Positions 40,455-52,359 of a stretch of 64,000 bases of DNA are shown piece by piece. This DNA is from an uncultured Chloroflexia bacterium. Its GTDB lineage: Bacteria; Chloroflexota; Anaerolineae; B4-G1; SLSP01. Numbering within the stretch: the stretch's first letter is position 1; each line of letters starts with the position of its first letter. The notes under the pieces were generated by a model that saw only the letters and a list, made by a program, of their open reading frames with translations, did not search any database and had not been told where the DNA came from. The position numbers and the translations under genes are program-made. The stretch covers positions 1 through 64,000 of the forward strand of contig CAVVUS010000022.1 of NCBI GenBank assembly GCA_963751345.1. Direction: 5' to 3'.

Positions 40455-41763
40455 ATGAGACAGTACTACAAACCGCCCGACGACGACGCCTTTGCGGGCG
40501 ACGCAATGCCCTTCTACCACGACGGCGTCTTTCACGTCTTGTATCTCTTGGATCACGGGCACCACGCGGACCTTGGGGGATTGGGCGGGCACCAGTGGGC
40601 GCATGATTCCTCGACCGACCTAATCCACTGGCAGCACCACCCGCTGGCCCTGGCTATCACCGAGCCCTGGGAGGGCTCAATCTGCACGGGCTCGGTCTTC
40701 TACAATCAGGGAATCTTCTACGCCTTCTATCCGACGCGGATGCGGGATCGGACCGAGCGCCTCGGCGTTGCCACCAGCAGCGACGCGATCCACTTCACGA
40801 AGCACCTCCCATCGCCGTTCGCCCTGCCGGGGCCCGAGTACTCGCCCTACCACTATCGCGACCCCTTCGTCTTCCGCGATCCCGACACCGGCCTGTTCCA
40901 TATGCTGATCACGTCGATGTTGGCCTCGCCCGAGGCCGGCCAACCGGGCGGATGCCTCGCGCACCTGGTCTCGCCGGATCTGCAGACGTGGAAGACACGC
41001 GAACCATTCCTGATCTCTGAGTTTCCGGGCGCGCCCGAATGCTCCGACCTCTTCACCTGGAACGGGTGGAGCTACCTGATCTTCAGCCACGGGTTGGTCG
41101 CGCACTATCTGATGGCCCGCAGTCCGCTCGGCCCATGGATCCGCCCCGAGGTCGACACCTTCGACGGACCGATGGCCTCTGTGATGAAGACAGCACCCTT
41201 CGGGCCGGACCGCCGCATCGGCGTTGCCTGGGTTGGGACGCGCAAGGGCGACCGGGACGACGGTGAGCGCCAGTGGGGCGGCAATCTCGTCTTCCGCGAG
41301 GTGGTCCAGCGCGCGGACGGCACACTGGGCACGCGCTTCCCGCCCGAACTCCAGCCACCCACCGGGTCGCCGCTCCCCTTCCCCGAGACGCTTTCCGTGC
41401 CGGAGGGCCATCCCGACCGGACAGGGACCGACCTCCCGCGCGACGTCCGCATCACCTGCCGGATTCTGTCCCGCCGCAGGGACGCGTGCCTTTGGCATCT
41501 ACCTGGGGGGATCGGAGACGAGCCTCCGGTTTCTCCCCGGCGAGCGGACGGTCAGCCTGGGTAACGCATCCATCCACGACGTCGCAGGGCTCGACGGACC
41601 GCTTTCGATCGATCTCGTGGCCTGCGGGGACATCGTCGACCTCTACATCGACGGTGACCGCTGCTTGATCAACCGGCTGCCGGAGCGCGGCAGTGGCGTA
41701 TCGTTCTTCTCGGAGGGCGGGGCGACGGAGTTCGTGGACATTTGTGCGCGACCACTGTTGTAG
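40455..41763 (+). CDS. GH32-family glycoside hydrolase (frameshift near 41470)
   Basis: GD.MPF, W.H..STDL.HW, TGS, RDP and EC catalytic motifs. Confidence 0.82.
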
Positions 41764-41889
41764 AGACGTGCCGGTGGCCGCCGTCCGAGGCGCCGCGTCT
41801 TCCGGCGTGCAGACACCGTCGGATGCCTGTATGACTTTCGTCGTACACACCTTCACGTCGGCGGAGACGCCCCACCAAGGCGTCTCTAC
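41760..41889. repeat. GTAG-type REP inverted pair
   Basis: GTAGAGACG ... GAGACGCC-CCACCAA-GGCGTCTCTAC. Confidence 0.65.
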
Positions 41890-42058
41890 AAGAGCCGTAC
41901 TGGTTGCGGATAAGTGACCACCCACAATAGGGTAGAAAAGGTGCCGCACACTCTGTCTCTGCTATAATGGCCGATGACAATCGTCGACGCCGATCATTGC
42001 AGCGCCGCCGCACGCTCGCCACGTTGTTGAGCGGTCAACACACTCAAGGAGAACAACA

Positions 42059-43105
42059 TTGCTACCCTGGCTTGGTGAGCAGCTTACTCAGTTCTGGGGC
42101 CCTTTCCGACTTTTCAACTCCTACCTCTTCCTCGCCAGTGTCGGAACCGCAATTGCAGCACTCGGCACGTGGTTTCTGCTGCCGAAACTCTGGAATGGTC
42201 TGCCACAGGACGGCGGACGGGCATACGCCGTCGACGCCGAAGGTGCGAGGGGCAAGCCGGTGGGCGCCGGCATCATATTCATAAGCATCTTTGCCGTTAC
42301 CACGCTGCTCGTCGCCCCCTTCGACTGGCGCATCGTCGGCATCACGGGATGTCTGATTCTCTCGATGCTTGAGGGCTATCTTGACGATCGGAGTCATGGC
42401 CTCAGCGAGTACACGCTGGGGGTGCTCGACCTGGGCATCTCCCTCCTTGGCGCGATCACACTGTGCCAATTCCACAACTACGTCATCTGGCTCCCATTGA
42501 CCAAGACGCCCATCGTCCTATCGCCCTGGATCTTCATTCCGCTGACCACCCTCATCCTGTGGTTGATGATCAACGCCACGAACTGCACGGACGGCGTCGA
42601 CGGCCTCTCGGCCAGTCTGTCCATCCTGGCATTCATCTATCTCGGCGGCATCCTCTACGGTATCGTTGGCCATAGCGACATCTCGCGCTACTTGCTGGTG
42701 CCCCACTACCCCGATGGTGCCAGTTGGGCGCTGCTGGCTTTCATTATGGTCGGCTCTCTTGCGGGGTACCTGTGGCACAATAGCCTGCCGAGTGCCGTCT
42801 TGATGGGGGACGCGGGATCACGACCGATAGGGCTACTTCTCGGGCTCCTGGTGATGGCGTCGGGCAACCCGTTCCTGGTCTTCATCGTGACCGGCGTCGT
42901 ACTGGTCAACGGGGCCACCGGACTTCTCAAGGTGACGCTGCTCCGGTTCTTCAAGATCAGCATCTTCAAATCCGTACGCTATCCGCTGCACGACCACGTC
43001 CGTCACACGTTGGGATGGTCGAACACCCAGGTGCTGGTGCGCTTCGTGCTGTTACAGGCCATCGGCACACCCGTTCTGCTCGTCCTTCTCTTCAAGGTCA
43101 GGTAA
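42059..43105 (+). CDS. mraY: Phospho-N-acetylmuramoyl-pentapeptide transferase (GT4/MraY)
   Basis: GKP.G.G, GYLDD, NATNCTDGVDGL, MGDAGS..IG, PLHDH; multiple TM helices. Confidence 0.82.
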   Translation: MLPWLGEQLTQFWGPFRLFNSYLFLASVGTAIAALGTWFLLPKLWNGLPQDGGRAYAVDAEGARGKPVGAGIIFISIFAVTTLLVAPFDWRIVGITGCLILSMLEGYLDDRSHGLSEYTLGVLDLGISLLGAITLCQFHNYVIWLPLTKTPIVLSPWIFIPLTTLILWLMINATNCTDGVDGLSASLSILAFIYLGGILYGIVGHSDISRYLLVPHYPDGASWALLAFIMVGSLAGYLWHNSLPSAVLMGDAGSRPIGLLLGLLVMASGNPFLVFIVTGVVLVNGATGLLKVTLLRFFKISIFKSVRYPLHDHVRHTLGWSNTQVLVRFVLLQAIGTPVLLVLLFKVR

Positions 43106-43151
43106 CATCGGCAACGTCTGACACACACCAGTATGGGAGTGAACGTCTGAT

Positions 43152-44733
43152 ATGCGGAAGAAGAAGGTCCAGGTCCAGAAGAAGGTCGTTGTCATCGGCG
43201 CCGGCATTTCCGGTCTCACGGCCGCGGCCTATCTTGCCGGTGCAGGCCATCCGGTCACCCTCTACGAGCAGTCACCCGAGGTCGGCGGGGTCACGGCGAC
43301 GATAGGTCAGGACGGCTTCAGCTGGGACCTCGGGCCACTCCTTCTGGAGGGCTTCGCGCCGGACGAACGCGCAGGCCGCATCCTCAAGGAGATCGACGTC
43401 GCGGACCGGGTCCCCCTCAAGGAGGGCGACCGCGGATACGTCTTCCCGGATTTCGATCTCCGGAAGCCCGAGATTTACGAGGGACCGAACTGGCGCCGGG
43501 ATCGGATGAAGGAGCTCTTCCCGGCGGAACAGAGCAGCGTCGACAGCTATTACGCCTTCTACAACCAGGTTATGAACCTGGTCACACTCAACATGCGCGC
43601 CGGCCTGACGCATGGTCCGGCGGGGCAGCTGCTCAAGCTGCGCCTATGGCGCGCTTACAACAAGGTGAAGCTGCGAAAGGATTGGTCCGCCCAACAGCTT
43701 ATGGACCACTTCTTCGTCGACGAGCGGCTCAAAGCGATTTTCACCTCGATCCTCGCCGACTTCGTCGTACGCCCAAGCCGCTTCCCTGCGTTGGGTATTC
43801 CTGTGCTGAACGTGGAGAACAGCTTCGATCGCCGGATCCCTCGAAGAGCTTCGAGTGCGGGAAAGCGGCCCAGCTACCACTACATCCTGGGCGGATGCGG
43901 GGTATTGGTCGGAGCTATTGGCGACCGCCTCCGCGAAAAGGGCGCCCGTATCTACACCAACGCCACCGTCGAGAAGATCCTGGTTGACGGTGACCGGGTG
44001 CGCGGCGTCGAGCTCGCCGGCGGCCACGTCGAGCAGGCGGACATCGTGATTGCGACGGGGGGCGCACGGGAGACTTTCCTCCGAATGGTGGGGCGAGAGT
44101 ATCTCACCGCGGGCTTCGCCTATCTGGTGGATGAACTCGAGCTGATGGAATCGGTGTTGATGGTCCAGCTTGGCGTCGATCTGGACCCCCGGCCCTACCA
44201 ACCGGGACCGCTGTGCTATTACTACGGCACGTATGATATCGAGGGCGGGGTGGCGGCGTGCCAGCGCGGGGCTTACCACGAGGGCCGGGATGGGTTTGTG
44301 GTCTACATCCCATCACTACACTCACCGGAGATGGCGCCGGCTCGGGCAGCATGCCATCACAATCTACACCATCGCCCCCAACGTATTGAACGAGGGCACG
44401 TGGCAGAGCCGGCGTCGCGAGCTGGCAGTCAAGCTGGTCGCCTGCGCCGAGGCTGTGATCCCGGGACTCCGCTCGCACGTCATGACACAGATGATCATCA
44501 CGCCGGACGACTTCCAGGAGCGAACCCACCAGCAGCATCATGCCTTTGGCGGGCGCGCACCTATGATTGGGCAGGAGGGGCCCGGATACGAAACGCCGAT
44601 CGCCGGGCTCTGGTTCATCGGGTCGCAGAGCAAGAGCGGGGGCGGAGTACAGAACGTGATGGTCGGCGCTCGCGACGCCGTTCGACAGATACAGGCCACA
44701 CTCCCTCGCTCTCCGCGGGGAAGGCAGAGGTAA
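43152..44733 (+). CDS. Phytoene-desaturase-like FAD/NAD(P)-dependent oxidoreductase (frameshift near 44340)
   Basis: VVIGAGISGL.AA, E....VGG, D.GP, TP.D, TPI.GLWFIG, GGGV. Confidence 0.82.
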
Positions 44734-46519
<1,786 letters not shown>

Positions 46520-46522
46520 GAG

Positions 46523-46644
46523 CCGTCAGCGATCAGCAAGGAGTAGGAAATACGGAGTAAGGAGTACGGGCTCGCATGCACGCCTACTTCATACTCCTTA
46601 CTCCTTACTTCTTCCGATCGCTGAAAGCTGATTGCTGACCGCTA
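46523..46644. repeat. Nested heptamer palindrome, family A copy 2
   Basis: GTCAGCGATCAGC GGAGTAG..GGAGTAA GGAGTAC ... TACTCCT TACTCCT ... GCTGAAA GCTGATT GCTGACC. Confidence 0.8.
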
Positions 46645-46673
46645 CGAGTTTTCTTCAAAAAGGAGGACACATC

Positions 46674-47177
46674 ATGGACACACTCGAGACCCTGTTCACC
46701 CGCCGCAGCATTCGGAAATACACGAGGGAACCGGTGTCTGACGAAGAGCTGCACACCATCCTGGAGGCCGGGATGAACGCACCGTCGGCAAACAACCGGC
46801 AGCCGTGGCATTTCATCGTCGTCGACGATCGCGAGAAGCTCAACAGCATCATGGAAGTGCATCCCTACTCGAAGATGCTTGCCCAGGCGCCCCTGGCGCT
46901 CGTGGTCGTGGCCGACACGGAGACATCAAGGAGCTACTTCCCGCAGGACTGCGCCGCCGCCATCGAGAACATCCTCCTGGCCGCGAAGGCCCTTGGCCTC
47001 GGATCGGTCTGGATGGGTGTTTATCCCAACGAGGCGAGGGTCACGGGGATCCGCGCGCTCTTCAACATCCCCGGCCCCTACGTGCCCGTCGCGCTCGTCG
47101 CCCTGGGTCACCCGGCAGAGGAGGGAGGGCGGGTCGAGCGTTGGTCGGACGAGAAGGTTCACCAGAACGGCTGGTAG
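46674..47177 (+). CDS. Nitroreductase family protein
   Basis: TRRSIRKY, APSANNRQPW, ENILLAA..LGLGSVW. Confidence 0.92.
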   Translation: MDTLETLFTRRSIRKYTREPVSDEELHTILEAGMNAPSANNRQPWHFIVVDDREKLNSIMEVHPYSKMLAQAPLALVVVADTETSRSYFPQDCAAAIENILLAAKALGLGSVWMGVYPNEARVTGIRALFNIPGPYVPVALVALGHPAEEGGRVERWSDEKVHQNGW

Positions 47178-48373
47178 AGGAACCCGGCGGCGCATCCGAC
47201 CCGCGGGCGCCCAAGATTCCCTACTCTCCTCCCACCTCCTCGGTCAACCGCGTCGTCATCGTCGACCTGCCGGGCTTGCCCATCGACGCGGAGGTACGGG
47301 GAAAGCAGGCATACCACCTGCTCTCCGTCCCCGCGCTCATCCGGTATGCCCGGCTTGACGCCGATGCCCTGGACCTCCCACAGACGTTCAGGGAGGGCGA
47401 CCCGGAGTCAGCTTGGCTGCGCCGCGAGCTCCCACTCTGGGTCGACGGTCGCCTCAGCAGCGCGGACGACAGCGTCCGGACCGCAGCCCAAGCCCTGGCC
47501 CGGCGCCTGGGGCGCAACCTCGGCTACCTCCTGGCGACGCTCCACCGCGGCGATGAGGTAAACCGGGCGGCGCGATCGGACTGGTCCGCGACGGAATGGC
47601 AGCACTGGCAACGCGTGCAGCGGGTCTGGCTGGGCGGCGGCGTGGTGAGCGGCGACCTCGGGGACAAGATGGTGCACCACGCCCGGACCGTGTTGGAAGA
47701 GACGGGCTGCGCCATCGCGATCGACAAGACGCCCTACCCCAGACACATGGCCACGCTGGGCGCGGGGCGCTTTATGCCACGCCCAGCCGAGCCGGAGACG
47801 TGCCAGCGGGGGCTGGTCCTGGACTTCGGCCAGACGTCGGTCAAGCGGGCCATCCTCACCTATCGCGGCAACGACTTGGTTCGCGCCGACCAGCTAGCGA
47901 CGCAGCCCGTCGTATGGCGATGGCGGAATAGCCCGGTTGCCGCCCTAGATCTCGATCCCCACGAGGTACTCGACCTTGTCGCCGGGACGCTCTGCGAGAG
48001 CCTGGCGTTGAGTGAGCGCGTGGGCCTTCCGGTCGGGCCGGACGTCGTGGTCAGCATCGCTGCTTACGTGCGCGGGGGCGAACTCCTGGGGAACGGCGGC
48101 TATGCCCGGATGCGGCAGTTGGCCGAGGACGTTCGGCCACTGATTGCGGACCGGGTGTCGGCGACGTGCGGGCGCAGGATCCGCATCGCCATCGTCCACG
48201 ACGGCACGGCGGCAGCCGCCGTTCACGCCGGGGAGATGGCGGACGGCGCGGAGAGTGCCGTCATCGTCGTGGGAACGGCGCTGGGCGTCGGATTCCCGCC
48301 GGCGAGCGCCGAAGGGCTCAGGGGCCTCGCGCCGGATTTGGCGATCGGGAAGGTGGAACCCGGAAACGACTGA
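47141..48373 (+). CDS. ROK/ASKHA-like protein, apparently circularly permuted (start uncertain)
   Basis: LGRNLGYLL, VWLGGGV and TLGA precede LDFGQTSVK, HDGTAAA and VGTALGVGF. Confidence 0.65.
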   Translation: MVGREGSPERLVEEPGGASDPRAPKIPYSPPTSSVNRVVIVDLPGLPIDAEVRGKQAYHLLSVPALIRYARLDADALDLPQTFREGDPESAWLRRELPLWVDGRLSSADDSVRTAAQALARRLGRNLGYLLATLHRGDEVNRAARSDWSATEWQHWQRVQRVWLGGGVVSGDLGDKMVHHARTVLEETGCAIAIDKTPYPRHMATLGAGRFMPRPAEPETCQRGLVLDFGQTSVKRAILTYRGNDLVRADQLATQPVVWRWRNSPVAALDLDPHEVLDLVAGTLCESLALSERVGLPVGPDVVVSIAAYVRGGELLGNGGYARMRQLAEDVRPLIADRVSATCGRRIRIAIVHDGTAAAAVHAGEMADGAESAVIVVGTALGVGFPPASAEGLRGLAPDLAIGKVEPGND

Positions 48374-48418
48374 CGTCGTGACTACGAACCTTGTTCGCAG
48401 CAGGGGTAGGTTCGTAGT
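48366..48418. repeat. REP-like inverted repeat / terminator between convergent genes
   Basis: ACGAC..GTCGT then ACTACGAACCT..AGGTTCGTAGT. Confidence 0.5.
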
Positions 48419-48441
48419 AGATGCTTGAGCGCCTCCCCAGC

Positions 48442-49345
48442 CTACGCGAGGTCCAGCCGCATCTCAATCCGTCGGAACGACTCGAGATAGCGCATCGCCA
48501 AGCAGACCCGGCAGATGAGGATCCGCGGCGGGCAGGTTCTCCGTTTTGGTGTCCTCTATCGGATGCCGGGTATGGAGGGCATGCGCCAAGGCCCGTGCGA
48601 CCCGCGCCGGATCGCCCTGCTCCGTCTGGAGCACCAGCCTTCCCAACTGGAAAACTGTGCTCTGGTAGACGAGCCAGCCGCAGTCACCGTCATCGCAGGT
48701 CACCTCGAGAGCCGACAGGCCCCCGCTGTTTCGCAGCGACGGATACTCGTCAAGCCAGGAAGGAACGCTGCGGCGCTGCCGCAACAGCGCCAGGGCCCGG
48801 TCTTGGTCGCCGTGCGTGACGGTATAGGCAGGTACCGCCCCTGTAGGGGGACCGGGCGGACGACGAAGAACCAGCAATTCCCGCGTCTCGACAAACCCCA
48901 GCTTGCAGAACAACCGGTGGGCGGGCTCGTTGTTCTTGATAACTTCAAGGATGATATGATCGGCGCCTAACTTGCGGGATTGGCTCACCAGATAACGCAT
49001 CATGGCCTCGCCGGCGCCGCTGTGTCGACGAACCGGTAGGACTCCTAACCGCGTGATCCAGGTGTGACGGGGCCGCACGCCCAACATCGCCAATCCGAGT
49101 GTCTCGCCCTCGTCCTGGGCGACCACGGAGCGGCTCAGATCCACCTCATAATCATCGACATACGCCTGAAGCCGTGCCACGTTCATCGGCATCGGCACGA
49201 TGTAGTCGATGCGTGATTGGTTGTAAGCTTCGGTCAGCTCCTCTACGGTGAACTCCGAGGCCGGTATGAGCCGGCACGGCGGAACGTAGCCAGGCATCAG
49301 ACCGCAGTCGGAGGAGGGGTGAACGGTGTTCCCGCTGACAGTCAT
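48442..49345 (-). CDS. Tandem-domain GNAT acetyltransferase (3' frameshift)
   Basis: WITRLGV.P..R..GAG..MM, LEVI.NN.PA.RLF.KLGF; alternate frame ends YLESFRRIEMRLDLA*. Confidence 0.85.
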
Positions 49346-49453
49346 GGACCTCCCTCAACAAGGAATCGCATAATGACAAAAAGGGGCAGCCGGACACTCC
49401 GGCATCAAAGGGAGAAGGCAACACACGCCGGATCTCCGCGGCGTCCGGGCCTT

Positions 49454-49876
49454 CTACATATCAGACGCCGCATTTGGAGTGGCTTCGCACGCGTCCTCTT
49501 CCCCCGCATCTGCTGGGACCAGGAAACTGCCGACCTGGTTGGCAAACTCACGCGCGCTGATTGGCTTGCTGAGATAGCCATCGCAGCCGTAGGCGTCTGC
49601 CATCTCGGCGGCAAAGTCCTGGGGCCACGCCGTAACCACTACCAACGGAATCTTGGACAACAGCGACGACCCCTTGATCAGGCCCGCCACCGTCTGTCCG
49701 TCCAAATCCGGCAATCCCATATCGAGGAGAATCAGGTCCGGCACGGTGCTCATCGCCATCCGGAGGCCGCCCTCCCCGTCGGGCGCAACCACCACGCTGT
49801 AGCCCGCATACTCCAGCAGGCGTCGCATCAGTCGTGACTGATGCGGATCATCTTCCATAATCAAGATGGTTGTCAC
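49454..49876 (-). CDS. Stand-alone response regulator (DivK/CheY-like REC)
   Basis: MEDD, LILLDMGLP..DG, VTA, GCDGYLSKP. Confidence 0.93.
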   Translation of the reverse strand: MTTILIMEDDPHQSRLMRRLLEYAGYSVVVAPDGEGGLRMAMSTVPDLILLDMGLPDLDGQTVAGLIKGSSLLSKIPLVVVTAWPQDFAAEMADAYGCDGYLSKPISAREFANQVGSFLVPADAGEEDACEATPNAASDM

Positions 49877-50259
49877 GCTTCGACCTCCCGTCTTTCGAAG
49901 AAATGATCTACCTTGGCCAACAACTCGGCGACGTGGATGGGTTTCGAAAGGTAGTCGTCACACCCTTGGCTTAGGAAGCGCTCACGGTCACCATGCATTG
50001 CGGATGCCGTCAGCGCGACGATCCACGTGTCGCGGAGCCCGGGGTCCTGTTTCACCCTCGCGGCGATGTCCAGGCCGTCGAGCTCGCCGGGCAGTGCAAT
50101 ATCCAGCAAAAGCAGAGCGGGATGATGGGCCTCAAGCATGTCCCATCCCTCCGCACCTGTCTCTGCCAATAACACCTGGTACCCGTGGGAACCCAGGATC
50201 TTCTCGACCAGGCGACGGTTATGGTAATGATCCTCGATGTAGAGCACGGTCCTGTTCAC
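49873..50259 (-). CDS. Stand-alone response regulator (DivK-like REC)
   Basis: IED, LLLLDIALP..LDG, LTASAM.GDRE, GCDDYLSKP. Confidence 0.93.
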   Translation of the reverse strand: MNRTVLYIEDHYHNRRLVEKILGSHGYQVLLAETGAEGWDMLEAHHPALLLLDIALPGELDGLDIAARVKQDPGLRDTWIVALTASAMHGDRERFLSQGCDDYLSKPIHVAELLAKVDHFFERREVEA

Positions 50260-50261
50260 GG

Positions 50262-52359
50262 CTACCTCGCCAGAATGGCCTCGACCTGAGCCAGGAATGC
50301 GCTGCGGTCGAAGGAGGATTTCGACCAGATGGAGGTGACGTTGGACGCCAAACGGGCACGCATTCGGGCGTCAATGTCGTCGTCCGACGTCACGACGATG
50401 ACGGGCGTCTCCATCGTCTGCTCACGGGTCCGCAGCATCACCAGGAGCTTCTCGCCGCTGACGTCCGGCAGGACAAGATCGAGGACAATCAGATCAGGCG
50501 GCGCCTGCTCTACCAGGGTCAGGGCCTCCGCACCCGAGTGAGCCTCGTAAACCTGCGAGCCGGGCCGCGTCTCAAGGAGGCGCCGAATCAACCTCGCCTC
50601 CGGCGCATAGTCGTCAACTACGAGAATCCGCTGCCGACCTTCGCGCCCAAACCTGCGCTCCGGCGGCGCGCCATCGGACGGCAACGCCGCCCGCGGTCCC
50701 TCCTCAACGATACCCACGACGTGGTCCACCAGGTCGCGGGCGCTGAAGCTGCCCTTCTGCCACACCGATGCGGCATACTCGTCGAGCCGCGCGCGTTCCT
50801 CCGGCTGCAGGGTCTTTGCCGACACGATCACGACCGGAATCTTGGCGGTGCGCGGGTCGGACTTCAGCACGTCCATCACGGCGAATCCGTCCATCTCCGG
50901 CATCATAAGGTCGAGGAGCACCAGATCGGGCTGGCGCTGACGGACGAGATCGAGGCCGTCCTTGGAGGAGTTGGCCTCAAAGACGCGGTACTGGCGGTAG
51001 TTCTTTAGGAAACGACGGATCAGCCGGCTGTCGTGGGGGTTGTCGTCGATGATGACGATCGTGGTGATACGCTCGTCCAGTTCCTCCAGCATCGTCGCGA
51101 GTCCCTCGGTGGGCCGGACGGCCTGCGATGACTTGACCGAGAGGTTGAGGATATAGCGATCTTCGAGCGCGTACTTCTCCGCGCTAAACGTGTGGCCGGA
51201 GCAGTTGACGACGACAGTCTCTTCGGATCCGATGATTCCCTGGTCCAGCAGCTTCTCGAGACCTGCGAATGCGACGCTTGCCGCGGGCTCCATAGAGATC
51301 CCTTCGACCCGGGCAACGCGGCGCATGGCGCGGAAGGCCTCCCCGTCGCCGACAGACACCATCGCGCCGCCGTAGCTATCGGCCGCCTGCTTGAGCAGGC
51401 GATACGCAAGCCCCGGATTTCCCGTGGCCAACACGGTGATCAGACTGTCAGGCTGTTCCACCGGCACGGCTTCGTCGAGCCCCTGGACCCAGGCACGAAC
51501 CATCGGATCGCACCCCTTGGTCTGCACCACCGCGATCTTCGGCACGTGGTCGATCATGCCTGCAGCGACCAACTCTTCAAACCCCTTGAGGACCCCCAGC
51601 GGCCCGATACCACCCGAGACTGCCTGAACGTACCAGTCCGGGGCGCCCCACACCGGCTGCGAGGCATCCCCCGACCTGGGCCAGGCTTCCGCGATCTCAA
51701 ACGCGATGGTCTTCATGCTCTCTTTGCACGGGATCGACTTGGCCCCGCCGTCGAGGGCCAGCCCCCGACGCTTGGCGAAGTTGGCCGCAACCTCTTTGGC
51801 CTGGTCATACGTGCCACTGACCTTGATCACCTCGGCATCGTAGAGCGCCAACTCGCGCATCTTCTCCGCGGGCACGCTGCTGGTCACAAAGGCCCAGAGC
51901 TTGATCCCGGCCCTGGCACAGTAAGCAGCATAGGCCGCGGCGGCATTGCCGGTCGAGGCCAGCACGATCTCGTGTACCCCGGTGGCCTTCAGGGCGCTGA
52001 CGGCTGTAGCGGCCTGCCGGTCCTTGAAGGAGCCGGTCGCGTGCTGGCGTTCGTCCTTGATCCAGATACCGCCGTGTCCGGTCTCTGCCGCCAGCCCCTC
52101 GGCCGGCAGTAACGGCGTGCACCCTTCGCCCATCGTGACCGGACGGAAGTCCGCTGGGAAGGGAAGGAGTTCCTCGTAGCGCCAGAGCGACATAGACCTT
52201 CCGCTTGAGCTCGGAGGGCCAGAGGTTCGCCAGGCGTCCCGTCTCGTATTCGGCATGCAGCCAAGCGCTGCCGCACGCCGTACACGTTGTTGTGTACGGA
52301 TCGGGCGGCATCCTGTGGCCGCACTCGAGACACCGCACAGCCGAGAATAGCGTCGTCAT
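50262..52359 (-). CDS. Threonine-synthase-like PLP enzyme (Zn-ribbon N-terminus) fused to two receiver domains (frameshift near 52200)
   Basis: CxxC..CxxC, SLWRY, MGEG.TPL, TGSFKDR, ASTGNA, VSGG.G, EPAAS; REC1 IIDD..LLDLMMP; REC2 VVDD..VLDLVLP. Confidence 0.88.
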
